DNA from: Eledone cirrhosa
Lineage: Eukaryota
Length of the DNA stretch: 64,000 bases
Reading direction: 5' to 3'
NCBI GenBank assembly: GCA_964016885.1
Contig: OZ024747.1
Coordinates: 85,374,001-85,438,000, forward strand
The notes beneath the pieces are model-generated. The model made no database searches. It was not told the DNA's origin and was given only the letters and a program-made list of their open reading frames with translations. Position 1 is the first letter of the stretch. Every line of letters begins with the position of its first letter. The translations under genes were made by a program, and so were the position numbers. Below, one piece after another: positions 42,501 to 58,118 of this stretch.

Positions 42501-42866
42501 CTCAGATGGTGGATGGGTGCTACACGAGAATGCTGAGGATGGCTCTGAACATTAATCAGTATACACTGAGGATGAAAAACTCAGAGCTTTATGGGATCAT
42601 CCCAAAAGTCAGCTCAAAAGTGATACAGAGGAGACCGGGGTTAGCTGGACATGCTCACCGACATCCAGAGTTGACATTGCACTCAGTGCTCCTTTGGGAG
42701 CCCCTACATGGACACACTAGAAGTGGAAGACCAAGGTTAACGTATGTTGATGCCCTAAGGACAGACACTGGTCTGTTGGAGACGCAGGACATGGCAGCGA
42801 TAATGAGGGACAGAGACCGCTGGAGAGAACTCGTCCATGGATCTCGGGAATTTTACTCGCCTTAGA
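39560..42866 (+). mobile_element. Near full-length RTE/RTEX-like LINE (~3.3 kb) in (TA)n
   Basis: Short 5' UTR, single APE+RT ORF, virtually no 3' UTR, (TA)n tail. Confidence 0.95.
39735..42865 (+). pseudogene. APE endonuclease + reverse transcriptase ORF, one frameshift at ~42210
   Basis: GTLNVRT, LAIQEH, SAYSPT, DFNAH, IDFIL, SDHRLV (APE); IDFRKAFDSV, VLQEDTLAPYLF, FADD (RT). ORFs 39735..42233 and 42287..42865 are split by a 4-bp deletion relative to the 27-28 kb copy. Confidence 0.93.
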
Positions 42867-42891
42867 TAAATATATATATATATATATATAA

Positions 42892-43078
42892 TATAGATGA
42901 GATTCTACAGGACTAGAACTGTTTCATTCATTAGAAATCATCAGGAATCTAATCAGATTTCTAATGAATGAAACAGTTCTAGTCCTGTAGAATCTCATCT
43001 ATATTAAAACTTTTATACTCTGCTATGTATTGAGTACCTTACTTACTGTGGTTACCTCCGATTCAACCCGGAATAACG
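42892..43078. mobile_element. Small fold-back element (family B) with hammerhead 42900-42950 (-)
   Basis: agattc CTGATGA tttctaatgaat GAAA cag ttctagtc ctg TA gaatct. Relatives at ~19620-19730, 25558-25663, 51560-51751 and 58510-58650. Confidence 0.8.
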
Positions 43079-43143
<65 letters not shown>

Positions 43144-43504
43144 ACACGCACAAACAGAGAGTGAAGAGAAGAGAGAATGTCAAAGAGAGAAAGGAAAGAG
43201 AAAACTGTCTTTACTTGTTTTAAAGTACAGCTGGCCTCATCGTTCTGACATGCCGGTGTTGCTGCTGCTGCTGCTGCTGCTGCAGAAGATTTATGTTAGT
43301 TATGCTGATGATGAAGGTGATGTATATTTCAGTTGTAAGCAAGCGGCGTGGCTTGTAACGTACATAAGCTTTCTGAGGGGGGGGGGGGTATATATATATA
43401 TATGTATGTGGGTGTATTTATATGTATGTATATCTGTATGTGTGTATGTATATATATATATATATATATGTGTGTGTATGTATATATATATATATATATA
43501 TATA

Positions 43505-46502
43505 TCGTAGCCGAGATGACATCGTCATCAAACCGGCGCACAAGGGAGGCGCCGTGGTGGTGTGGCGCGCGGACCTCTACACGGCCGAAGCCCTCAGGCA
43601 GCTCCGTAACCCCTCTTCTACCGCCCTCTACCCTCCGATCCCACACCCCTCTACCAACAACAAGTTTCCTCCAACATCCAACACCTTGTCTCCTCCTCCC
43701 TCCTCCCCCCACCGCTTCCCACCTCATCGTCCGCACCCACGCACCCCCACCATCTACTTCCTCCCCAAACTCCACACACCCGACAACCCCGGCCGCCCCA
43801 TCGTCTCCGATTGCAACTGCCCCACCGAACTCATCTCCGCCTTTCTTGACTCCATCCTCGCCCCCCTTGTCACCACTCTCCCCTCCCACATCTCCGACAC
43901 CAACCACGCCCTGCGCCTTTTCGACTCCTTCACCTACCCACCCGGCCCACAGCCCTTCCTCTTCACCCTAGATATCAAGTCCCTCTATACCGTCATCCCC
44001 CACGCCGACGGCCTACGTGCCCTCAAGCACTACCTCGAGATTCGCCCCTCCCCCATCCCCTCCACTTCCACTCCCACCCTCCTTCGCCTCGCCGAGCTGG
44101 TCCTCACCCTCAACTGTTTCTCCTTCTCGGGTGATTTTTACCAACAGGTCACGGGGGTAGCCATGGCTACAAGAATGGGCCCAAACTATGCCAACCTTTT
44201 TGTTGGCCATGTTGAGGCCCAAATCTTTGCCCAGTACACCGGCCCCACCCCCGAACTGTACGGTCGTTACATCGACGACTGTATCGGAGCCACGACCCTC
44301 ACCCGAGAACAGCTCGACTCCTTTCTCTCCTTCTTCTGCTCCTTCCACCCCTCCCTCCACTTCACCACCTCTATCTCCACCACCCACGTCCACTTCTTAG
44401 ACATCCCCGTCGCCTTCGACCCCTCCCACCACTCCCTCGTCACCTCCGCCTTCTTCAAACCCACCGACTCCAACTCCTACCTCTTCCCACCTTACACAGA
44501 CTAAACACTCTATTCCCTACTCCCAACTCCTCAGGATCCGCCGCCTCTGTAGCCGAGATGCTGACTTTGAGTCCCAGGCCCTTTCCCTAGTCAGCCATTT
44601 CATCCGCAGAGGTTCCCACCCCCTCCTCTCTCGTCCACACCGCTCTCACCCGCGCCCGTGCTGTCCACCGCTCCACCACTCTCACCCCACGCCACCGCAC
44701 ACCCACCCACCGTCTCCCCTTCCCCATCACCTACCACCCCTCCACCATACCCCTCCACCGCACCATCTTCCGCCTCTTCCGACGCCTCCAGTCCAACCCC
44801 TCCACCTCCCACGTCTTCCCAGCCCCACCACTCCCCTCCTTCAAACGCGCACGCAATCTCCGCACCCTCCTCGTCCACAGCTCCCCCCCCCCGGTTCCCT
44901 TCCCTGTTCCAGGCCCCGCTGCAACACCTGTCCCTACATCACCAACACCACCACCTTCCAGGGTCCCAACGGCCACTCTCTCTCTGTCCGGCATGCCTTC
45001 CGCTGCACCTCCTCCAACCCAACCTACGTCGGACAGACTGGACGCCGCCTGGAGGACCGGTTTACTGAACACCTCCGAGATATTCGTCTCGGTGGTAGTT
45101 CCCCCATCGCCCGCCACTTTGGTACCCCTGGACATTCCGTACACCACCTCACAGTCTGTGGCCTACTCCAATGCCACGGAAAACCCGCCACTCTCCTCAG
45201 GGTCGAACAACGAACCATCTTCACCCTACAGACCCACACTCCCCCCCGGCCTGAACTCCCCACCCTTATTCCTTTAGCCTTCCCCCCCCCCCCACATATC
45301 CCCCACTAACACCACTAACACACCCCTCCTTTTCACCGCCCACCCCACAACTAACAATACTAACACCTCCACCCCACATCCGACCACCCTTCCCCAACTA
45401 ACATACTAACATCCCTCCCTTCTTCTCCCCCCTCTCCTTATCACACGCACACACACACCGGTACATATATACACGCGCTCACACTAAACACACCCCCTAC
45501 TACCACCACTAACCCTCACTCCCACACATCCACCCCACCACCCCGCAACTAACATCACTAACACCCCCCCGACCCCACGCACACGAGCACACACACCCAC
45601 TCACACCACCCACTCTACACGCAACTAACATCACTAACACCCCCAACCCTACGCACACGAACACACACACCCTCTTACACCACCCACTCATCACACCCTA
45701 CCACCACTGACCCCACTCACACCCGCATTCAACCCTTTCCCCACCTCCCGTATACTAACACCCACTAACACCCCCTTCACCACACACACACTCATCCAAA
45801 TACGCACACACACACCAGTACACTACACTCCCTCCACCGGCCCCCACACCCTTCTCTCCCCGCTCCACGACACCCTTTCTCACACACACACACATCCCAC
45901 TAACACCTCTACTAATACACACACACACCCTCCTCACTTCAATTCTCACACCTACCCATCCTCTCCCCTGTCCACCGCACCTCCGCACACACTGACACAC
46001 CGACTTTCTTCACTTACCATTCTACCCGACTGCTGCTATGCCCTTATCTCTGACCACCTCCCCGCACACACAGACACACAACCCTCCTCCTGCCTTGACC
46101 CTCTGACCACTTCCTGTTGCGCGCGCACCCCACATCTCCCCTCTTCCGACCAATCTCTTCACGGATTACACATATTGAACATCGATCCCTAGAATCCACC
46201 ACATCCCAAGGATATTACCCAGCATTCCACCACATCCTCTACGGAACTACCTCAAGGACTCACCCACTGACATACACTCAAAAAATGTTTTCCCACACGC
46301 CACCTACATCCACAACACGCATAAACACCACACACACACGTGCATACCACCACATATTTACACACTCAGCCTCCGGAATCCTCTCCCCCCACCCCTCTGA
46401 CCCCTCCCCATCCACACACGCACACACACTCTGACATATACCCCACCCCACACACACCTCTTCCTGAACATGCAACCCCGTTCTTCCCCCAATTCTTACT
46501 TT

Positions 46503-46559
<57 letters not shown>

Positions 46560-46925
46560 ACACCTACACACACACACACCACCTTCAGCCCTCCCCGCTC
46601 GGACACCCCGCCTCCCTCTCCCCACTCCACCTGCCACCACCCCTACACGCCCCACACTCTTCCACCACCTGTTTTACTTCATGTTTATTTTTATTTTTAT
46701 TATGCTTTTATATTTAATTTCATTTGTACTGTTTCCTCTCACCCCCTTTTTTCTATATGTCTCTCCACCACTCCCCTACACACCCTTGGAACTCTCTTCC
46801 CACACACTTTTCACCTGAAGAAGGGCTTATGCCCGAAACGTCGTTCCCCACCACTCTCAAGAGCGTGAAACTAATAAACCTTTGTTCGTACTGCCTCTCT
46901 GTTTTGTTCCCGTTCAATTTTTTAC
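43505..46925 (+). mobile_element. Penelope-like element (C-rich), RT + decayed GIY-YIG + long CA-rich 3' region
   Basis: DIVIKPAHKGGAVVVW, YFLPKLH, PGRPIVS, LDIKSLYTVIP, GVAMATRMGPNYANL, RYIDD, FLDI; YVGQTGRRLEDRFTEHLRDI at ~45025. The terminal sequence is repeated at ~59718-59797. Confidence 0.92.
46812..46844 (+). ncRNA. Minimal PLE hammerhead
   Basis: ac CTGAAGA a gggc ttat gccc GAAA cg TC gt. Confidence 0.8.
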
Positions 46926-46955
46926 TATATATATATATATATATTATATTTAGAG

Positions 46956-47048
<93 letters not shown>

Positions 47049-47757
47049 GAGAGAGAGATATATATACATAACCATACATAACACACCACATATTTGCTTT
47101 ATATAAAGTAGAATAGAATTTGTAGGTGTGTGTGTATACATATATGTATAGAGGTTTGGTTGTGTAAACAGGTGTCAAGTCATATATTTCATTAAAGCTG
47201 CGAAGCTATACCAGTGACACGAGAGTCAGAATCTTCCTGCTATGTACACGAAACTCGTGGCTCTTAAGATACTATAAGAAAACATAAAGGAGATTTCGAA
47301 ACAAACAAAAAGAACTCTCTACATTGGTTTGTCGATTGCTAATACTATTTATTCTAGCGTTATCAACTCTTGACTTCTTAAACATTCATATATTTTTATA
47401 AGCCAGTTTTTGAACAGTCAGTTTTAATAACCAATGTTATATTGACTTTATATACTGTATATGAGTCTTTCATTCAATACAAGTGTTTATCACACAAGCA
47501 CATAAAACGAATATATATATATATGCCTGGCTTTATATAATATTGGCACAAGGCCACACACACATTCCCATTCTGAGTGTGATGACCCTAGAAAGACAAT
47601 GATATTCAACACCGTGGATTCCCACATTTCGAGCCTAAATGGATGTAATTATATCCACTTCACCGTTCTATCAACCAGCCGAGACTCCATCTTAAATATA
47701 CACTGTATACACAATATAACTTCTAATTTAGGCAAAACCATTCATTTTGTCTATCAT

Positions 47758-48808
47758 GTCCTGCTCAAGGGTACAACCCAAAATGCAGTTTTAATCCGAC
47801 GCCCTCACGAAGCTACCATTTCGCCACTACAATATGACTGACCTGAATAAAACACATCTGCTTTCCAACCGTTCAAATTTTCTTCCCGTTTCTTCCTCTT
47901 CTTACCCTCGTCTATCTTTAGAGGAATGAGTAACGTCCAAAACGTTGACACTTTTCCTACTATATAAAGCTCTCATGTTAAAAGGTTCAGAATCTTGCAT
48001 CATAATTTCATACAAAAGCCTTTTGTGAAATTGGTACAAATACCAACGTAATAAGTTACCGTATTTCCCGGTGTCGAGGACACTACTTTTTTCCTAAAGC
48101 AAGTCTCAAAAATCTACCATGCGTCATGGAGGCCAAAGGTTGTATAGTTTTCTTTTTCAAATTTTTGGTTGTCAAAATTAGGGTACGTCCTCGAGGACGA
48201 AGCGTCTTCGGCGCCGGGAAATACGGTAATTCATAAATCTAGTAATACTATCCGAATTCTTTATTAATTAATTGAGATGCTATGCTTTTCAATTAATTAG
48301 AAATATGGCCACGAAAAGGTTATATCGACACCAGGGCATGACTGGTACCTTATTTTATCGATTCCGAGAAGGATTAAAGGCGTGATTTGAATTTAGAACG
48401 TAAAAGAGCCAGAAGAAAAATGCTGCCACAAAATATTTTGTTCGACGCTCTAACGATTCTACCAATCAATGGTGCGTGTGTTGCAATGGTGCGTGTGTTG
48501 CACCCATAACGTAGTTCTCAGGGAGATTCGGCGTGACACAGTGAGTGGTAAGGCTGGGCGTTTGAATTACAGATACAACTGAAGCAACGTGAAATATATT
48601 GTCCTGCTCGAGGGTACAACCCACAATGCAGTTTTAATCCGACACCCTCACGAAGCTACCATTTCGCCACTACAATATGACTGACCTGAAAAAAACACAT
48701 CTGCTTTCTTCCCGTTCAAATTTTCTTCCTGTTTCTTCCTCTTTTTACCCTCGTCTATCTCTAGATGAATGACTAACGCCCAAAACGTCGACACTTTTCC
48801 TACTATAT
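47758..48808 (+). repeat. ~205-bp direct duplication (47758-47965 and 48601-48808)
   Basis: GTCCTGCTC.AGGGTACAACCCA.AATGCAGTTTTAATCCGAC ... ACACTTTTCCTACTATAT occurs twice. Confidence 0.85.
48059..48226. mobile_element. Tc1/mariner-pogo-type MITE
   Basis: TIRs CCGTATTTCCCGGTGTCGAGGAC / GTCTTCGGCGCCGGGAAATACGG, with TA on both sides. Confidence 0.85.
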
Positions 48809-48986
48809 CAAGGGTTAAATTAATATATATATTTCCGTTTATTTATCCTATCATTTTGTTGTTTTCTCCTTTTTTCGTTTACTTTTCGTATATATATACA
48901 GGGTATCCCCAAAAATGTATACACACTTAAACAGCATTCTAATAAATATTGCCTGTACAGGTAATCAAAGTGTGCATACATTTTTG

Positions 48987-49092
<106 letters not shown>

Positions 49093-49246
49093 CAAAGAAA
49101 GTATGGTAAGATACCAGGTGGACCATAACGCACCAGAGTACTCGATACTTAGGGTAGTAGAGTGGGTAATATGAAAAGAGTCAGGACCCGATGGATTTAG
49201 CTGTCGAAACGGGGTCCTGACTCTTTTCATATATATACATATATAC

Positions 49247-49287
<41 letters not shown>

Positions 49288-49389
49288 AATATATATATGT
49301 ATATATATATATACATATATATATACACACATATATATATATATATACATATATATATACACATATATATATATATACATATATATATA

Positions 49390-49456
49390 TTGCCTTGTCT
49401 GACGAACGAATGAGGACGTTTCTTGTATTCGTCTTATTCGGGAAACGTCTGGTAAT
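49390..49456 (+). ncRNA. Minimal hammerhead
   Basis: CTGACGA a cgaatgaggacg..cgtcttattcg g GAAA cg TC; stem I is imperfect (ttgcc/ggtaa). Confidence 0.65.
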
Positions 49457-49564
49457 GAGGTAATTATATTGTCTTGTTTATTATACATTAAATTTAGCTC
49501 TGTAACTTACATAGAGCACTCTTCACTCCTATGACTTTTTCAATTTTCAACGGAAACTTCAATA

Positions 49565-50449
<885 letters not shown>

Positions 50450-50465
50450 CATACATATATATATA

Positions 50466-50539
<74 letters not shown>

Positions 50540-50632
50540 TATATATGTATATATATATATATGTGTGTGTATATATATATATGTATATATAAGAAATAGG
50601 TCACCAGGTTCAACAGTTAATACATTAATTAT

Positions 50633-50706
50633 TTGATCTACACGTGTGTCATCATTCTCTGTAGATAATATTTACAATGCTCTTATAAAGAAATCTTCAG
50701 GATCAA
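50633..50706 (-). ncRNA. Hammerhead with GACA in place of GAAA (probably inactive)
   Basis: ttgatc CTGAAGA ...gat GACA cacgtg TA gatcaa. Confidence 0.6.
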
Positions 50707-51024
50707 TTATATATATAACATATTAAAAAGTGTTTAAGTACTGATCGATGTGTGTCCGTATTCACATGTTGCAGCCATAAATTGTAAATTAAGTTTTATC
50801 TAAGGTTATGGAAGGTTAGAATTGCCAGAATTATTTTACGGTACTTTTCATAATCTAAGTATGTGTGGATGTTAAGATATGTACCTACGGGTATGAATGC
50901 ATGAATTTACACAAACACATACATAGCGTAGCAAATGAAACGCCAGTCACTGTTTGGCTATAGTTTTTTCACTATCCCCTTCCTTCCTTTTACACACATA
51001 CATTCACATAAACACACACGCACA

Positions 51025-51335
51025 CTCATCTCTAGTATGTGACGCCATCACCCCATCCTCACTCATCTCTAATGTGTGACGTTATCACCACGTCCTTCCT
51101 CCCTCATCTCTAGTGCGTGACGTCATCACCCCTTTCTTCCTCAGTCATCTCTAGTGTGTGGCGTTATCACCACGTCCTTCCTCAGTCATCTCTAGTGTGT
51201 GACGTCATCACCCCTTCCTTCCACACTCATCTCCAATGTGTGACGTCATCACCCCTTTCTCATTCAGTCATACCTAGTGTGTGACGTCATCACCCCTTCG
51301 TTCTTCAGTCATCTCTAGTGCATAACGTCATCAAC
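51025..51335. repeat. ~40-bp tandem repeat (~8 units)
   Basis: TCATCTCTAGTGTGTGACGTCATCACCCC variants. Confidence 0.9.
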
Positions 51336-51472
51336 CTTTCTTGTGTGATGGAAGGACAGAAGTCGCTCAAATTTATATATAAATAGATTAAAGGAAAGTA
51401 TTGGTGTCTACGGAAGGCTGCTCTCATGATTGAAACCAGTAAAAGAACATATACATTCTTATATATGTGTGT

Positions 51473-51509
<37 letters not shown>

Positions 51510-51692
51510 CATATATATATATATATATGTGTGTGTATGTATGTATATATATATATACATCAGTTTATGCCTGGTTCAATCAGAGGTAACCACAGTAAGT
51601 AAGGTACTCAATACAAAGCAGAGTATAAATATTTAATATAGAAAAGGCTTCTCTACAGGACTAGAACTGTTTCATTCGGGAGAAATCATCAG

Positions 51693-51743
51693 GGCTTCCT
51701 GATGATTTCTCCCGAATGAAACAGTTCTAGTCCTGTAGAAGCC
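51693..51743 (+). ncRNA. Type I hammerhead (family B) within palindrome 51638-51751
   Basis: ggcttc CTGATGA tttctcccgaat GAAA cag ttctagtc ctg TA gaagcc. Stem I covaries with the 42.9-kb copy. Confidence 0.85.
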
Positions 51744-51761
51744 TTTTCTATATATATATAT

Positions 51762-51953
51762 ATAGGAACAAGTAAGACCCCGACGGCTGAGCTCAAGCCG
51801 TTTCGACAGCTAATTCTGTACAGAATTAGCCGTCGAAACGGCTTGAGCTCAGCCGTCGGGGTCTTACTTGTTCCTATTACCCACTCTACTACCCTAAGTA
51901 TTGAGTACTTTGGTGCGTTATGGTCCATCTCGTTCCTTGCCACATTTCCTTCG

Positions 51954-51955
<2 letters not shown>
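51762..51955. mobile_element. Small fold-back element (family C), 116-bp spacerless palindrome 51762-51877
   Basis: One mismatch between arms; relatives at 29030-29158 and 49090-49230. Confidence 0.8.
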
Positions 51956-52009
<54 letters not shown>

Positions 52010-52740
52010 ATGTATGCATGTAAATATATGTATGCACACACATACACACATACACACACACACATACTCACACACACATACTCACACACATTTGCACACA
52101 TACACACAATATAAATGGAAAGAAAGTCGGCGTGAAGTGTTTTATGTCGATAAAGCGACATCGAATACATGAAACCTGTTGAATAGCGCAGAGAGAAGAT
52201 ATGTGGCTATAGAAGCGACACCAGTTACACTTTATGAGAGGGAGAGCGAGTTTTCTCGGCAAGGCACGGCACACGGCAGAAGATTAAAAAAAAATATAAC
52301 AACACCCCACGACGGACAATTTTTATTGTGGCTCCCTTCCCTCTCCACACAGATGTCTTACTATCCCCCCCCCCCCACCACCACTGTTACATACTCTCTC
52401 TCTATCTTTCTCGTCTTTTTCTTTATTGAAAAACTGCCTTTTTCCATTTTTCTCTCTCTCCCTTCTCTCTCTTTCTTTCTTTATCTGAGGCGAACATCTA
52501 CACACATACACGTCATACACACATACACGTCATACACACATACACGTCATACACACATACACGTCATACACACATACACGTCGTCATACACACACACACG
52601 TCATACACACATACTTTCTTTCCTCAATCCTGTCTATTTCTCTCTCTCTCTCTTATATATATAGTGGAAAGTGTATATATACACTTTCCTCTCTCTCACA
52701 CACAATCTCTCTCTCTTTCTTTCTCCCTCTCTCTCTCTAC

Positions 52741-52800
<60 letters not shown>

Positions 52801-52935
52801 ATCCCTCCTCTAGCTCTCTTTCCTTAACGTCTCATCTTCCTGTCTTGTCTCTTTTTATCACTTTCTATCTAACTCTCTCTCTATCTCTCTATCTAGTTTT
52901 CTCTCTCTGCTGTTTTCTCCTTAGATTTCTTCCCC

Positions 52936-53145
<210 letters not shown>

Positions 53146-53534
53146 ATTTATATATATATTAATCTCTCTCTATATATATGTCTCCCTTTCCTGTACTACC
53201 GACCACATATGACCTGCCACAGCGACATCAGATACTTTTGCTCGTTCCGTCCATCTGGGACAGAATTCTGGGACAGAAATTCTTTCTTTATATACACACA
53301 CTCTTTCTCTCCTCCTCTCTCTCTTCTCTTTTATTTCTTTTTCTACGTTCTTCCTCTCTTTCTCTTCTTCCCCTTCTCACTCTCCTTTCTCTTTCTTTCT
53401 CTCTCTATTTTCCTATCTTTCATTCCTTTTTACTTTCTCTCACTCCCTCTCACACGCATTTAGTCTTTCTATATACATCATCTGTCTATCTAACTACCTC
53501 TTTCTTTCATCCATACATACTCTTCTCCTTTCTT

Positions 53535-53573
<39 letters not shown>

Positions 53574-53711
53574 ACCCTTGCTCCTTCACTATTCCTTTCC
53601 CACCCATCTCTCTCTCTCTCTTTCTCTCTTATCTTAACCCTTTCCTCTCTATCTCATACTATATTTATTTTGTAGTGTCACATTCGAATGTGTACATCAT
53701 TTATGTTAACA

Positions 53712-53794
<83 letters not shown>

Positions 53795-53816
53795 ACGTTT
53801 CTATATATATATATTC

Positions 53817-54770
53817 AGTGCTGTGCATAATTCAGAGACCACCCCAATAATTTTATTAGGTTAGGTTAATATTGAACAAAGTACACTTAATTATTAGATA
53901 ACAATTGGCAGTATCGGTAGAGGGTTGGACACCATGATTTCTAGCATAGTTACGTCCCTTTACAGTCTGAGTTCAAATCCCGCCGAGGTTAACTTTGCCT
54001 TTCATCCTTACGGGGTCGATAAAATAAAGTACCAGTAATGTACTGGGTAATTACTGGCCTTGTGCCTAAAGTAGAAACAATTATTATTATAATTGTGGAT
54101 TGGCAGTATCGGTAGAGGGTCGGAAAACATGCTTTGCAGCATAGTTACGTCCCTTTACGGTCTGAGTTCAAATCTCGTCGAAGTTAACTTTGACTTTCAT
54201 CCTTACGGGGTCGATAAAATAAAGTACCAGTAATGTACTAGGATAATTGCTCGCCTTGTGCCAAATGTAGAAACAATTATTACAAACATACAACACAAAG
54301 CATTATGCTACAAATATGCTACATTATGCGAAATTAGTACTTTATTTGGTGACCTTTAGCAGCAGTTATTGCAGAAATTCTTCAAGGCATTGATTCCACC
54401 AATAAGGCACAATACAGTAAGAATTCTTTGTTGTAAATCAGTAATTGAGCTGGAATTTAGCTTGGCAACTTCGTCTTTCATCAATCTCCAAACGTTGGCA
54501 ATTAGGTTTAAGTCAGGACTTGAACCTGGCCAAGGTGCCTGCACTTCAGTACCAGATCTTGAAAAGACTGGCTTTGCCCTATGGCAAGGAGCACCATCTT
54601 CTTCATATATCTTGCAACCAACCATGCTTCTCCGTCCATTATGGGACCTTTTCTCGTATTATTTCCAAATACATGATTGCATTTACAGTCTTTCCTGCTG
54701 GAATTATGGTCAGAGCAGCTCGTCCTTTTATGCTTATTGATCCCCAGACCATCAATGATTGTAAATGTTT
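53817..54770 (-). mobile_element. Tc1-like transposon 3' half with two inserted SINEs
   Basis: LMVWGSIS, EDGAPCHRAK and WPGSSPDLNLIANVW correspond to the DD34E motifs; the end reads CAGTGCTGTGCATAA. Confidence 0.85.
53905..54282 (+). mobile_element. Two tandem tRNA SINEs
   Basis: TTGGCAGTATCGGTAGAGGGT ... AGTAGAAACAATTATTA twice. Confidence 0.9.
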
Positions 54771-55073
54771 AAATATTTGTATGCACACGCACACACACAA
54801 AGTTCATTCATGTAGGGATAATGTGAGATTTTCTAACTCGAGTAGTTGACGTAATGGAATAACTTACGGACAGCGCAGCCTAGACTGAAAGAGGCTCGCA
54901 AATTAAAACGAATGAAATGCATTGCTTGCAATTGCATTTACCACCGATTGTTTACTTTGATGATGTTTAACCAGCGACAAGTTCAAAGTATTATAAACAT
55001 ATTTAAAAAAATCTTCAAAGCTAAACTATAATAGTAACGATAAATTGGTGTATTACACACATACATACACACA

Positions 55074-55145
<72 letters not shown>

Positions 55146-56051
55146 TTATTATAATAATAATAATAAAATTGAAGACTAAAATCCAAAGAGGGCTCGATAA
55201 GGAAAATATATGTCAAATATATAAGAACCGTAGAGCAAATATTTATTAAAATAACAGATTAAAGTTTAAACAAAGAATCGCTGCTTTCACCCTTAACGGG
55301 ATCTTCTGAAACTAACAAAGTCAATCTGTAAACGCAGAACTGGATATTTCAAAAAATGTTGCAACCGGAGGAAGACAGGAAGACGATACTTTGGTTCGTG
55401 GTAACGTTCGCTGGCAAAGAACGGGAAAAAACGAATAATACGTCATTAATAGGAGCGGTGAAAAACAATTACACGCAAAGACAGAACCACGTTTATGGTA
55501 TAAAAGAGGTCGTGGACTAATGTTCTCTTAGGTGGTGCATAGAGACGTTCTCTGGCAATGAACGAAAAAACGAAGATAATAAGTCATATGTGGAGCGTGG
55601 AGAACAATAGCACGCAAAGACAAAACCACGTAAATGGTATAGCAGAAGTCGTAGACTAAAATTAATCTCCGCTACAGAGTTAAGAACAAAGTAAATAAAT
55701 ACAATACAGAAGTAATAGAAACAAATAAATACATACATGCAAACAGATACGTACATACACAAGCATACGCAAAACCTTACCATAGGTATACAAAACCACG
55801 CACATATAAATATGTGTGTGTGTGTGTATGCTTGTGTACAAATAAATAAATAATTATATCAATGTATATAAGTAAATAAATACGTATATAACAAGCGCAC
55901 ACGCATACCAACATATAAATACACGAATGTTCGGAGACGTAAGTCAACTAAAACAAGAAGTACACATATACACACACCCACCATACGTACGAACCTGCAT
56001 ACTCACGCAGACGCAAAACTCCCGTATACACATAGCCAAACCCTAAATACC

Positions 56052-56119
<68 letters not shown>

Positions 56120-56186
56120 AAAAAGAAGATGGTTTCACATGCAGTTTATTGTCTCTACATTATGTATGTGTGTGTGGTGTCCTACA

Positions 56187-56251
<65 letters not shown>

Positions 56252-56949
56252 TAATAAAAACAATATATCATCGTATATGTGTATGTTGGTATGTATATCA
56301 TATTAAAGATCTATGTAAAAAAATATTACAAATTATCAGAGGAGATATACATACCTTCACCTATATATGCCATCTTTAGAAATGATGAAGTATGTTTATT
56401 GAAAGAAAGTATTAATACAATATGTCTGTTTGGGAACATGTATTGAATTGACCAATAGAAAAGTTAGAGGTCAAGTTGATAGAATAAACGTAGTAGAAAC
56501 TTTATTCTAGGAGTGGAGGAATGTAAAATTATGCTTTGAATGAGAAGAATGGGGAAGGGAAAGGTAGGGGTTAATATGAGGTCAAGTTAATGAGATAGTG
56601 AAGGATTCCCCAAAAAAATTTGATGTTATTAAAGAATGTTGTTAAAAGCATAGGGAAAAGAATTTTTTGTGGGATGAGAGTGTTAGTGAGAGATACTACT
56701 CCTGTTTAAATTTTAAGGAACTTAGATACATAAAAGGAAATTAAATTAAATTGATAGGTATACTTACAGAGTTAAAATTATATTAATTCTTATGGATGTG
56801 ATAAATAAAGAAGTAAAAGAAATCAAAAAAAAATATATATATATAGAAAGAATGTTGTTAAAAGATAAAATTTTATAAAAAGTAGTGTATTTATTTAAAC
56901 AACCGTAGTATTAAAGATATTAATTATATTTACTAATCCTAAGTATTGA

Positions 56950-57130
56950 ATGTGATAGATAGGGGATGCGGTTAAAAAAGTAGTGAGGATAAAGATAACA
57001 TTAGGTAAAGTGAGTTGCAAGAGGGAAATAAAATCATGAAATCTAAAGATATCCTATTAAATAAACGACAGGAATTAATTATATCATGCAATCATAGAAT
57101 TAGAAAAAACTTCAAATACTATAAACTTAA
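56950..57130 (+). pseudogene. PLE GIY-YIG C-terminal remnant
   Basis: DILLNKRQELIISCNHR resembles the LLNKRxE..C.H PLE terminus. Confidence 0.55.
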
Positions 57131-57576
57131 TTAATATATACCTCACTCTTATATTTTACAAATTATTATGAATTTTTTTTTTTTTATTTAGTTTACCTAT
57201 AATTAAATTTTTACTACAAAGAATTTCATAATTCATCTGGTTCGTGTTCGAAAGTTTTTTCTGTTTTATGTGGAAAGGGTGGATTGAATTGCTGGTTTTA
57301 AAAAAAAAAAAGTAATTTGGTTGGTTGATGACTGTCACGTAAATAAGTAGAATAAATTTCGCACCAGTTCGTGTACTAAAGTTCTTAATGTATTTGCCGG
57401 GTTTTTTTAAGTGTAATTTGGCTGGTTGATGACTGTCGCGTGAATAAGTAAATCACAATTTCGTGCCAGTTCGTGTTTCAAGGTTCTTTATTGCCATTTT
57501 AATTGTTGGTCACAGTCACATGATTGACCATATAATATAGGTGTCAGAAAAGCATGGTTTGTTTCTATTTCTTTTC

Positions 57577-57684
<108 letters not shown>

Positions 57685-58024
57685 CATATATATAAATAAG
57701 AATAAATAAATAAATGTATATATATTTATATATTTATATACAAATATATATATATACATATATATATATATATGTATATATAAATATATATGTATATGGG
57801 AGTGTATGTGTATGCATAAAACATATTTCTCTCTCTCTCTCTTTCTCTCTATACACACATATATATAAATATATATGTATATATATACATGTAAAGTTAT
57901 ATTTAAAATTGTTGGGTTACAACTAGTAAATATTTATAACTGATATAAAAGCACTCGACAAATACTTGGAGTATATTTACAATATTAAATATTAAATATA
58001 TAGTTTTCCATTTATTTAATATTG

Positions 58025-58118
<94 letters not shown>

